Origin: Macrostomum lignano
Taxonomy: Eukaryota
NCBI GenBank assembly: GCA_002269645.1
Contig: NIVC01004564.1
Location: 1-41,874 of the forward strand
Length of the DNA: 41,874 bases
Reading direction: 5' to 3'
The notes beneath the pieces were generated by a model, which saw nothing but the letters and a program-made list of their open reading frames with translations, was not told where the DNA came from and did not search any database. Position 1 is the first letter of the stretch. Each line of letters begins with the position of its first letter. The position numbers were made by a program, and so were the translations under genes. Positions 21,760-32,281 of this stretch are shown here, one piece after another.

Positions 21760-23427
21760 GACTGTGTGCACCTGAGTGCTGATAAGAGAGGACTGTGTGC
21801 ACCTGAGTGCTGATAAGAGAGGACTGTGTGCACCTGAGTGCTGATAAGAGGGAACTGTGTGCACCTGAGTGCTGATAAGAGGGGACTGTGTGCACCTGAG
21901 TGCTGATAAGAGGGAACTGTGTGCACCTGAGAGCTGATAAGAGAGGACTGTGTGCACCTGAGTGCTGATAAGAGAGGACTGTGTGCACCTGAGTGCTGAT
22001 AAGAGGGGAATGTGTGCACCTGAGTGCTGATAAGAGGGGAATGTGTGCACCTGAGTGCTGATAAGAGGGGACTGTGTGCACCTGAGTGCTGATAAGAGGG
22101 AACTGTGTGCACCTGAGTGCTGATAAGAGGGGACTGTGTGCACCTGAGTGCTGATAAGAGGGAACTGTGTGCACCTGAGGGCTGATAAGAGGGAACTGTG
22201 TGCACCTGAGTGCACCTGAGTGCTGATAAGAGGGAACTGTGTGCACCTGAGTGCTGATAAGAGGGGACTGTGTGCACCTGAGTGCTGATAAGAGGGGACT
22301 GTGTGCACCTGAGTGCTGATAAGAGGGGACTGTGTGCACCTGAGTGCTGATAAGAGGGGACTGTGTGCACCTGAGTGCTGATAAGAGAGGACTGTGTGCA
22401 CCTGAGAGCTGATAAGAGAGGACTGTGTGCACCTGAGTGCTGATAAGAGAGGACTGTGTGCACCTGAGTGCTGATAAGAGGGGACTGTGTGCACCTGAGT
22501 GCTGATAAGAGGGGAATGTGTGCACCTGAGTGCTGATAAGAGGGGACTGTGTGCACCTGAGTGCTGATAAGAGGGAACTGTGTGCACCTGAGTGCTGATA
22601 AGAGGGGAATGTGTGCACCTCAGTGCTGATAAGAGGGGACTGTGTGCACCTGAGTGCTGATAAGAGGGAACTGTGTGCACCTGAGTGCTGATAAGAGGGA
22701 ACTGTGTGCACCTGAGTGCACCTGAGTGCTGATAAGAGGGGACTGTGTGCACCTGAGTGCTGATAAGAGGGAACTGTGTGCACCTGAGTGCTGATAAGAG
22801 GGGACTGTGTGCACCTGAGTGCTGATAAGAGGGGACTGTGTGCACCTGAGTGCTGATAAGAGGGGACTGTGTGCACCTGAGTGCTGATAAGAGAGGACTG
22901 TGTGCACCTGAGTGCTGATAAGAGGGGACTGTGTGCACCTGAGTGCTGATAAGAGGGGACTGTGTGCACCTGAGTGCTGATAAGAGGGGACTGTGTGCAC
23001 CTGAGTGCTGATAAGAGTGCACCTGACTAAGAGTGATAATCAGTGATTAAGAGTGATAATCACTCTGTGTGCACCTGAGTGCTGATAAGAGGGGACTGTG
23101 TGCACCTGAGTGCTGATAAGAGGGGACTGTGTGCACCTGAGTGCTGATAAGAGGGGACTGTGTGCACCTGAGTGCTGATAAGAGGGGACTGTGTGCACCT
23201 GAGTGCTGATAAGAGTGCACCTGACTAAGAGTGATAATCAGTGATTAAGAGTGATAATCACTCTGTGTGCACCTGAGTGCTGATAAGAGGGGACTGTGTG
23301 CACCTGAGTGCTGATAAGAGGGGACTGTGTGCACCTGAGTGCTGATAAGAGGGGAATGTGTGCACCTGAGTGCTGATAAGAGGGGACTGTGTGCACCTGA
23401 GTGCTGATAAGAGGGGACTGTGTGCAC
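21760..23427. repeat. 31-bp minisatellite GTGTGCACCTGAGTGCTGATAAGAGGGGACT (PRS intron)
   Basis: About 50 copies, with a duplicated ~50-bp interruption at ~23015 and ~23213; source of the HSGAHSPLLSALRCTQ ORFs. Confidence 0.97.
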
Positions 23428-23469
23428 TGGTTAAGGAGGGCCGTGCATTAATAACCAAAAGTTGCTTAC

Positions 23470-23694
23470 CTGCTCAAAGATTACGCTGGGCTCGTGCAAG
23501 CTAGCCAAGAAGACAACATCCTGGCCCGCCATTTGTTGAACATTGTGTATAAAAATATTGGGAAATCCGTCTGCAAATCGATCCCAGCTGACGGAGTCTT
23601 TGTAAACAATGAGGCGACTCTTTTGGCCAGCGGCGGTGGCAGCTGAGTGATCAGCGATCTCCTTGGCTAGCTGGGCCATTGAGCTGTGCGCCAA
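23470..23694 (-). CDS. Class II ribose-phosphate pyrophosphokinase, first recognisable coding exon (true start unresolved)
   Basis: (RPLW)[56 protein letters not shown] resembles PRS4 [41 protein letters not shown] (recalled); donor CAG|GTAAGC. The first in-frame ATG is at 23679. Confidence 0.88.
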
Positions 23695-23804
23695 CAGCCA
23701 CAGCGGTCTGCTTTGATCAGCCAGTGTGGATGAAGCCGCGGGATGGGAAAATACAATGCTCTTCTTCCCTACCCTGGGTCAACAAAACTACGCTTAGTTT
23801 ACTA

Positions 23805-26490
23805 AATATCACTCAGTGAGCAGTCTAATATCACTCAGTGGACAGTCTAATCACTCAATGAGCAGTCTTATCACTCAGTGAGCAGTCTAATCACTCAATG
23901 AGCAGTCTAATCACTCAGTGAGCAGTCTAATCACCCAGTGAGCAGTCTAATATCACTCAGTGAGCAGTCTAATCACTCAATGAGCAGTCTAATCACTCAG
24001 TGAGCAGTCTAATCACCCAGTGAGCAGCCTAATATCACTCAGTGAGCAGTCTAATCACTCAATGAGCAGTCTTATCACTCAGTAAGCAGTCTAATCACTC
24101 AGTAAGCAGTCTAATCACTCAATGAGCAGTCTAATCACTCAGTGAGCAGTCTAATCACTAAGTGAGCAGTCTAATATCACTCAGTGAGCAGTCTAATATC
24201 ACTCAGTGAGCAGTCTAATATCACTCAGTAAGCAGTCTAATATCACTCACTGAGCAGTCTAATCACTCAGGGAGCAGTCTAATCACTCAGTGAGCAGTCT
24301 AATCACTCAGTGAGCAGTCTAATATCACTCAGTGAGCAGTCTAATCACTCAATGAGCAGTCTTATCACTCAGTAAGCAGTCTAATCACTCAATGTGAGCA
24401 GTCTAATCACTCAGTGAGCAGTCTAATCACTAAGTGAGCAGTCTAATATCACTCAGTGAGCAGTCTAATATCACTCAGTGAGCAGTCTAATATCACTCAG
24501 TAAGCAGTCTAATATCACTCACTGAGCAGTCTAATCACTCAGGGAGCAGTCTAATCACTCAGTGAGCAGTCTAATCACTCAGTGAGCAGTCTAATATCAC
24601 TCAGTGAGCAGTCTAATCACTCAATGAGCAGTCTTATCACTCAGTGAGCAGTCTAATCACTCAATGAGCAGTCTAATCACTCAGTGAGCAGTCTAATCAC
24701 CCAGTGAGCAGTCTAATATCACTCAGTGAGCAGTCTAATCACTCAATGAGCAGTCTAATCACTCAGTGAGCAGTCTAATATCACTCAGTGAGCAGTCTAA
24801 TCACTCAATGAGCAGTCTAATCACTCAGTGAGCAGTCTAATCACTCAGTAAGCAGTCTAATCACTCAATGAGCAGTCTAATCACTCAGTAAGCAGTCTAA
24901 TCACTCAGTGAGCAGTCTAATATCACTCAGTGAGCAGTCTAATCACTCAGTAAGCAGTCTAATATCACTCAGTGAGCAGTCTAATATCACTCAGTGAGCA
25001 GTCTAATATCACTCAGTGAGCAGTCTAATATCACTCAGTGAGCAGTCTAATATCAATCAGCGAGCAGTCTAATATCACTCAGTGAGCAGTCTAATATCAC
25101 TCAGTGAGCAGTCTAATCACTCAGTGAGCAGTCTAATATCACTCAGTGAGAAGTCTAATGTCACTCAATGAGCAGTCTAATATCACTCAGTGAGCAGTCT
25201 AATATCACTCAGTGAGCAGTCTAATATCACTCAGTGAGCAGTCTAATCACTCAGTAAGCAGTCTAATATCACTCAGTGAGCAGTCTAATATCACTCAGTG
25301 AGCAGTCTAATATCACTCAGTGAGCAGTCTAATATCAATCAGCGAGCAGTCTAATATCACTCAGTGAGCAGTCTAATATCACTCAGTGAGCAGTCTAATC
25401 ACTCAGTGAGCAGTCTAATATCACTCAGTGAGCAGTCTAATGTCACTCAATGAGCAGTCTAATATCACTCAGTGAGCAGTCTAATATCATTCAGTGAGCA
25501 GTCTAATATCACTCAATGAGCAGTCTAATCACTAAGTGAGCAGTCTAATCGCTCAGTGAGCAGTCTAATCACTCAGTGAGCAGTCTAATCACTCAGTGAG
25601 CAGTCTAATATCACTCAGTGAGCAGTCTAATCACTCAGTGAGCAGTCTAATATCACTCAATGAGCAGTCTAATCACTAAGTGAGCAGTCTAATCACTCAG
25701 TGAGCAGTCTAATCACTCAGTGAGCAGTCTAATCACTCAGTGAGCAGTCTAATCACTCAATGAGCAGTCTAATCACTAAGTGAGCAGTCTAATCACTCAG
25801 TGAGCAGTCTAATCACGCAGAGAGCAGTCTAATCACTTACTGAGCAGTCTAATCACTCAGGGAGCAGTCTAATCACTCAATGAGCAGTCTAATCACTCAG
25901 TGAGCAGTCTAATCACTCAGTGAGCAGTCTAATCACTCAGTGAGCAGTCTAATCACTAAGTGAGCAGTCTAATCACTCAGTGAGCAGTCTAATCACTAAG
26001 TGAGCAGTCTAATCACTCAGTGAGCAGTCTAATCACGCAGAGAGCAGTCTAATCACTCAGTGAGCAGTCTAATATCACTCAGTGAGCAGTCTAATCACTC
26101 AATGAGCAGTCTTATCACTCAGTAAGCAGTCTAATCACTCAATGAGCAGTCTAATCACTCAGTGAGCAGTCTAATCACTAATTGAGCAGTCTAATCACTC
26201 AGTGAGCAGTCTAATCACTAAGTGAGCAGTCTAATCACTAAGTGAGCAGTCTAATCACTCAGTGAGCAGTCTAATCACGCAGAGAGCAGTCTAATCACTC
26301 AGTGAGCAGTCTAATCACGCAGAGAGCAGTCTAATCACTCAGTGAGCAGTCTAATCACTCAGTGAGCAGTCTAATATCACTCAGTGAGCAGTCTAATCAC
26401 TAAGTGAGCATTCTAATCACTCAGTGAGCAGTCTAATTACTCAGTGAGCAGTTTAAATACTCAGTGAGCAGTCTAATTACTCAGTGAGCA
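23805..26490. repeat. 2.7-kb minisatellite of mixed 18/20-bp units CACTCAGTGAGCAGTCTAAT(AT)
   Basis: Continuous tandem copies; each unit has the internal dyad CACT-C-AGTG. Confidence 0.98.
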
Positions 26491-27242
26491 CTCCCATTAC
26501 ACAGTAATTACCCAGTGAGAAATAAAGACCATTTCAAAGCATAGAAGTTGGCTAAACAAGACATAGAACTAACTGAAAACTCTGTTATTTAAAAATAAAG
26601 AGACAAAAACTAGCAATAAAATACCAGTGGAAATTTTACTTGCGAAATTTGACAAATTCAATATGAATTAAATTTGTAGATAAACGTACATCAAAGTACA
26701 CCTATGGAATGGAAAAGTGCAGTCACTGAGTACTGTTAAAAGCAAAAGTTAAATTCAAATTATTGTTGGTTCATATCAATAAAGCTACAATAGCTTGCAA
26801 TTAATAAATAAAATTTACAATTCTATTTTGTAAAGAAAAAATTTTTGTTAAAAACGCTAGCCAATACAGAATGATTTCCCAACAGTGTGCCAAAAACTAA
26901 CAGGAATGGATATCGAGTTCATTTTTTAACAATAAAGAAACTAACTAGCCAGTAGTTGAATGAGTACCATTAAAATTGAAATTATGATAAATAAGACATT
27001 CAAAAAGACTGGCACAGAGCGCACAGCCTTAGGTAACGCGCGCACAGCACAGCCTATTTGATCTAACAAAAATAATTTTTATAAAAATTCAAAACTAATA
27101 TCTAAATATAGATAGACAAACACAAGTTAGGAAATTGCATAATAAAAAGTGACCCAGACTCAACAATGATCCTACTTTAGTAATAGTCTAATAGAAAAAC
27201 ACACGAGCTCAAGTCACAGGGTGTTATACTAATAAGTGCTTC

Positions 27243-28844
27243 TCAGTCTTCGTCTGACGAATGCTCCGATTCGAACTCCGGACTTCCATAGGACTCAGCA
27301 GCCGCCTCTTCGTCTTCATCATAGTAATAATCCCCAACAGCCTCTCTAGTGTAAGATTCCCCAGCCGGTTCCTCCTGCGAATATCGTCGCCTGGCCATGG
27401 CGGCCGCGGCCTCGGCGCCGCCAACCCCGGTCTCGCTGGCGACCAGGTGGCCGACAATGGCGTCGCTAGCCGTCAGCAGCTCTCCGGCCGCGTCGGTCAG
27501 CATCTCGTCTAGCAGCTGCTCGGCGATGGCGTCAGTCAGCTGGGTTGGTCGGAAAGCGGCGCCTCCGGACGACGGATCAGCGGCGGCGGCGGTGGTCAGG
27601 AAGTCCCGATAACGATCACGCTGCGACCGGATGCTCTGGACCTCCGCCGGGGTCAGCTGCAGCACCGCTGGCTGCCTGCTGCCGCCGAGTCCGCTGCTTT
27701 CGCCAAGTTCAGCGGCCGCAGCCGGCCGTCTGGAGCCGCCGGTTTTAACAAATCGCAGCGGATCTGGCGGCCCTGCCTGCCAGCGGCCGTCAACAGAGCA
27801 TATCGGCTCGTCGCCGGCGGCCAGAGCGGCGGCCCAGCGATCGCGAATGTCGTCACCTTCGGTCTCCAGCTGGCTGAGCCGATGGTCGATGTTGCACAGC
27901 TCTGCTAAGCTTCCAGCGATGCTACCGCGGATCAGCGAGCCGGCCGAAGCCGACAGAGCCGGCGTGGCCGACGGGACGAAGCCGCCGCCGGCACGGCCGC
28001 CGCCGCCTCCTCTCAAGCCGAGCTCGCGCTTGACCGCGGCCAGCACCTCGGCAACGATGCGGGACCGCTCCGAGTCGGAGCTGGCGGCGGCGGCGGCCAC
28101 TTGGCCACTTGAAGTCGCCGGCTGGTCCGCGACAACGGCGGCCGTACGCGCTGGAGCTGGAGCGGATGGCACAGCAGTAGTCGGTGGGCGATAACGCGAC
28201 GATGGCTGGCGTTGCTGCTGTTGTTGTTGCGACACAGCAGACGGAGCGACTCGGGCACTCCTGGGTCTTGTAGGAAACGGCAAGGCTCCTGGACGGCGCT
28301 TGGCGGCGCCACCAGTGGAGCCGCGTCCAAGCAGACGTTCGGCCTCCAGCTCGGCCATCCTAGTCGCATACTGTTGAACTTCCTCGCGTAGGCGGCGCAG
28401 CTCCAACGCTTCGTGGCGCTTCATTGAGGCGGCGTTCTCGCGCGGATGCCTTGAAGAGGCGGCGCCGGCGCCAGTGGGATTGGGGCGCCAGGCGCGATCA
28501 GTGTCGCGAACTGGAGGCGAATGACTTCTCGATGGCAGCTGCTGTCTTTGCTGCCGCTGCTGCTGTTGCTGCTCGGCCGTTTTCCTAGAAACCACCGCCC
28601 GGCTCTGGCGCAGCCGCCGTTCAACATTTTTCGGGCCCGGCGGCAGGCCGGCGTCCAGCCTCTCGCGGCTGTGCTGCAGCTCTCGCCTGGCCAGCCGGCC
28701 CATCAGCTCCATTCGGCGCGGATCGATTCGTTTCTCAATGAGCAGCGGCTGCGGATTGGCCGGCAGCCGGGTGACCAGGTTGCTGGGGGACGCCCGATGG
28801 TCCAGGTTGAACTGCAGCTGGTTGACCGCCTGGCTTAAATCCAT
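27243..28844 (-). CDS. KIAA0753: KIAA0753/Moonraker (OFIP)-like centriolar protein, single coding exon, 533 aa
   Basis: N-terminal VNQLQFNLDHRASPSNLVTRLPANPQPLLIEK..LARRELQ resembles human [33 protein letters not shown]. C-terminal PTQLTDAIAEQLLDEMLTDAAGELLTASDAIVGHLVASE resembles [39 protein letters not shown]. Human sequences recalled, not searched. The middle is low-complexity. Confidence 0.75.
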   Translation of the reverse strand: MDLSQAVNQLQFNLDHRASPSNLVTRLPANPQPLLIEKRIDPRRMELMGRLARRELQHSRERLDAGLPPGPKNVERRLRQSRAVVSRKTAEQQQQQRQQRQQLPSRSHSPPVRDTDRAWRPNPTGAGAASSRHPRENAASMKRHEALELRRLREEVQQYATRMAELEAERLLGRGSTGGAAKRRPGALPFPTRPRSARVAPSAVSQQQQQQRQPSSRYRPPTTAVPSAPAPARTAAVVADQPATSSGQVAAAAASSDSERSRIVAEVLAAVKRELGLRGGGGGRAGGGFVPSATPALSASAGSLIRGSIAGSLAELCNIDHRLSQLETEGDDIRDRWAAALAAGDEPICSVDGRWQAGPPDPLRFVKTGGSRRPAAAAELGESSGLGGSRQPAVLQLTPAEVQSIRSQRDRYRDFLTTAAAADPSSGGAAFRPTQLTDAIAEQLLDEMLTDAAGELLTASDAIVGHLVASETGVGGAEAAAAMARRRYSQEEPAGESYTREAVGDYYYDEDEEAAAESYGSPEFESEHSSDED

Positions 28845-28904
28845 GATGCTGGCGGCAGGAATTGTGAGTCATTACAATATAGTTAGAATATATTTATAAA
28901 ATTT

Positions 28905-29065
28905 TCAGAAGGGCTGTGGGCACCCTGGTGCAACACTGAGACAATTCTGCACATTCCACTGACTCCTGAGCACATACAAGCCCACGAATGCTGTACGCAG
29001 GCACGCACTCACACACACGCTCATTCAGGGTGTACAGCGGCCCTGGCATGTACACCTTGTTTTTT
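28905..29065 (-). mobile_element. Diverged partial copy (3' half) of the SINE family at 12245 and 14790
   Basis: AGGGCTGTGGGCACCC..CATTCCACTGACTCC-TGAGCA..GTGTACAGCGGCCCT..GGCATGTACAC is collinear with 14798-15000. Confidence 0.6.
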
Positions 29066-30606
29066 ACTCGTATTTTAATTGTAAATCATGGCTGGCTGAC
29101 ATTTAGCGCCTACAACTAAAGTACCTCCTGCCGAGTTGCATCCATTGTATTGCCTAAGATGCACATCTTGACTAATGGCTGGCAGGCACTCAATGCATTT
29201 CCCATATCCCAACCATGTGTTTATCAATCACCATCTGTATTTTATTGATCCAAACAACCCAATCATGCATGCAAACACAATTGAAGGTGCCTAGGTATAT
29301 GTGAAGGCAAAGTTCTGCAGCCAGCATGGCACTAGTGACAACCTCTTTGACTCCCATCTTAATGAGTTCCTCTAGCACCAACTCTACCTAGAGAAGTGCT
29401 TTGGCAACTCCCTATACTAAGTGACCTATTACTATACTGTGCCTTTAAGACCTCCATAGCTTAGACTTGCACAGATCTTAAGTATGCCTTAGTAAACTCA
29501 TTTTGGTTCATTTGTTTAAAATTTGGTGTCAAAATAATGTAATAGAAGAAACTAGGACATGGCCAAATAGTATTACATGGCCCACATTGGTTGTAGGGCT
29601 ATCATTTTATGCTAAATGTTAATAAATAAATTGCACTTATTTTTCATAATTATACTTTGTTTAATGCAATTTGTTTACAAACAAAAATTTCCCCTATTGT
29701 TAATTCTCAATTGTCAATTCTATTGCACTCAATATGATTAGGAATATGGCATCAATGATACGTTTATCTATAATTATTTTAATATCTTTTTATTAAAAGG
29801 TATTTTGTAAATTTTTTATTTTGTTAATTCTATTCTGAATTTTTAAGTTCCAACTATTTCAATATTTTACCATAGACAGTGATTATTCCCATAGCCCCAT
29901 GCCAAAAATGACAATATTATCTATATAAAATCATGCCAACAATACTCTGCTTATTTGTATAGGCCTAGGCCTACTGTATTGCAGCTTAATTATAATAGGC
30001 CTACTTAATATTACCTTGGCCAAGGTGAAATTCATCCTAAAAATAATTTTGTATAGAAAAAAAATTAAATGTATATATATGCAAAACTTTATTAATTTTT
30101 TCTTTAGCCCTAAGAGAGTTTAATAAATTAATATTAGTTTTAGTATTTACTATTGCTATATTTAAATGGGTCATTCCACGAAAGAGACCTATTATGTTTT
30201 TGAACTTTAAGCACTTGTAACTTTTGAACCATAATTCAAAAGTCCTATTAGATAAAGCTGCAAAAAGCAATCTATGTCAAACTTCTAGTTCTATATTTTT
30301 CACATGGCTACTTATGAAGTCTAAAACAATTGAAAAAATAGCAGAGCATAAACTATGTTGATTGTTGATGGCTATTTGGTAACAAAAAAGGAGTCATGCA
30401 TACCAACTCAACTGTGCATACCTAACTTTTGGTATACTAGGCAAATGCATACCCAAATTTTTGGGTGTATTGTATACTACATGATCTAGAGTATAGCATA
30501 GATAATATTTTCATTATTAGCACGAGACCATGGGAATAAGCACTGCCTTCACTATATACTTTTAGTAGACATTGACTTGTCCTGACCTGAATTAAGTATG
30601 CTAAAA

Positions 30607-30647
30607 AAGAATAGTTATACCATAATGGCTATGGTATAACTATTCTT
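30607..30647. other. Perfect 18-bp inverted repeat with a 5-nt loop (hairpin/cruciform)
   Basis: AAGAATAGTTATACCATA-ATGGC-TATGGTATAACTATTCTT. Confidence 0.85.
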
Positions 30648-32281
30648 ATTCTTCTATTCTTATTCTTATTCTTCTTATTATATGGTATGGACCTATGGTT
30701 ATACCATAAGAAATTAAATAAGTCATAAAATATAATAAAATGATCCTAAGCCTAAAGTTAAGCGCTTGACTAAAAATAGTAATACTATTAACCTTAACTA
30801 GCGTGGCGAGTTAAGAAAGCCCAAAATTCCTAATGAATTCAGAATTGAAACAATGAAGCATGCATGTCAAATGGCTGGCTTGAACATCATTGACAATTTG
30901 TGCAGGCTAAGACTAGCAGCATAGTTTTTTAAATGGTCATAGACAAGGATGAAATAATTTAAGCAAATTTGTGCTTTTAGCTATTCTTTTTATAAGCCGT
31001 ATGAATTTTGCTTTTTCCCTCGGTTTGGGTTTAGTCGTTAAGTTTATATATTGGAAAATGTGTTTTTTGTGGAGGTAATTCATTTCTTAGAAAATCTGTT
31101 CAATTTACATTTCAAATTATCTGCATGTTTTACAGAAAACCAAAAGCTAAATACTTGCCTTTTTGTTATTGATAACAGAAAATAAAAGCGTTTATTTTTT
31201 AGTCTGTAACTTGATTTTAGTAGTTTGATTGATCTTTTGTCCCTACGCTTAAAAAATTATTTGTTTCTCATTACGAGTAAACCTGCATACTTGTAGAACG
31301 AATTTGTCAAATGGAGATTCTTCCGCGACTAAGAAAGCATAAGTCACACCAAATGCATTATCGAGTAAAGTACTCGGAGATAGATTATTCTGTTAGGAAA
31401 ATTGATCATGTATAAGTGTAATACTTTTGGAAATGTGAATCGTGGCACAATACAGCACATCGATCATATAATTATGCATGTACATGTAATAAGTTCTAAG
31501 CTGTTAGCGTGCTTTCTGAAAAACCTACCCACTCGGGCAAATAAATTTTGCGAAGCGTCTCTATTTAACTTTAAGATTTCGAAAACCAATTTTTGCTCTA
31601 GATGTACGAGCAATATGCTAGGATCGAACTACATGCAGCTGTGTGGGCGTAGACGCATTTGTGCCATACAGCATATCCACTGTAACAGCATGTGTACACC
31701 CTCTTCATTCAAAAAAGGTAATCTCTATATATATGCACTGCAACTGGTGAAAACTCGTAAACTACCCCATACAGAGGTAGATCACTAAAACAAAGTCAGC
31801 GGGCACATTTGAACAATATTTGACTTTTTCGGCACCGTTTTGTGCTATGCGAAAACCAAAAAATCAAAAACCAAAAAACCAAAACTCACTCCATCAAACA
31901 CCCAAACAGGCCGGGCCGGACAGCACAAAATAGGAGACAATTTCTTAAAAATCCTTTAAAATCATTTGCACTCAAACAGTAAATAAATGAGAATGCGACG
32001 GATTTTGTCGGATATTCATTTTTAGATCGGAGAATATATAGTGCTGCTAGCTGTTTATTCATATTTATTAAAAGACGGCTTATGTTTTTCCCATCCAGTC
32101 TAAACTTTGATTTTCTGATTAAATCGACTCTGACTATCAAATATCTATGGTAGTTAGTTAGATCGATCTTAGCGTACACTTAACTTTTAGAACACTTTTT
32201 GTATCGAAGAATCCGCGAAATTTTTAATTAGCAGAAGCATCTTAAAAAGCAATTACAATTACCATTCTGCAATTATAGAGC

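Larger units (their letters stand above)
28860..32280. promoter_or_regulatory. AT-rich divergent intergenic region between the minus-strand cluster and the plus-strand BTB gene; probably holds their promoters
   Basis: Positional only: the two nearest ATGs (28844 minus, 32282 plus) point away from each other, and no credible ORF lies between them. Confidence 0.3.

Noticed and set aside
20710-23022. 770-aa ORF
   Set aside because: Only 21301-21699 is real (PRS exon); the rest is read-through of the 31-bp and 34-bp arrays.
23805-26490. Regular short palindromic repeats superficially like a CRISPR array
   Set aside because: There are no unique spacers and no cas genes, and the context is eukaryotic; this is a plain minisatellite.
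27261-28838. Several plus-strand ORFs opposite the KIAA0753-like gene (similar cases opposite WASHC5, COA7 and the BTB gene)
   Set aside because: Antisense shadows of GC-rich coding sequence, with no independent motifs.
29190-32179. Short ORFs in the AT-rich divergent region (29190-29381, 30037-30270, 31402-31788, 31886-32179)
   Set aside because: Mostly non-ATG starts, AT-rich codon use, no recognisable domains or splice context.
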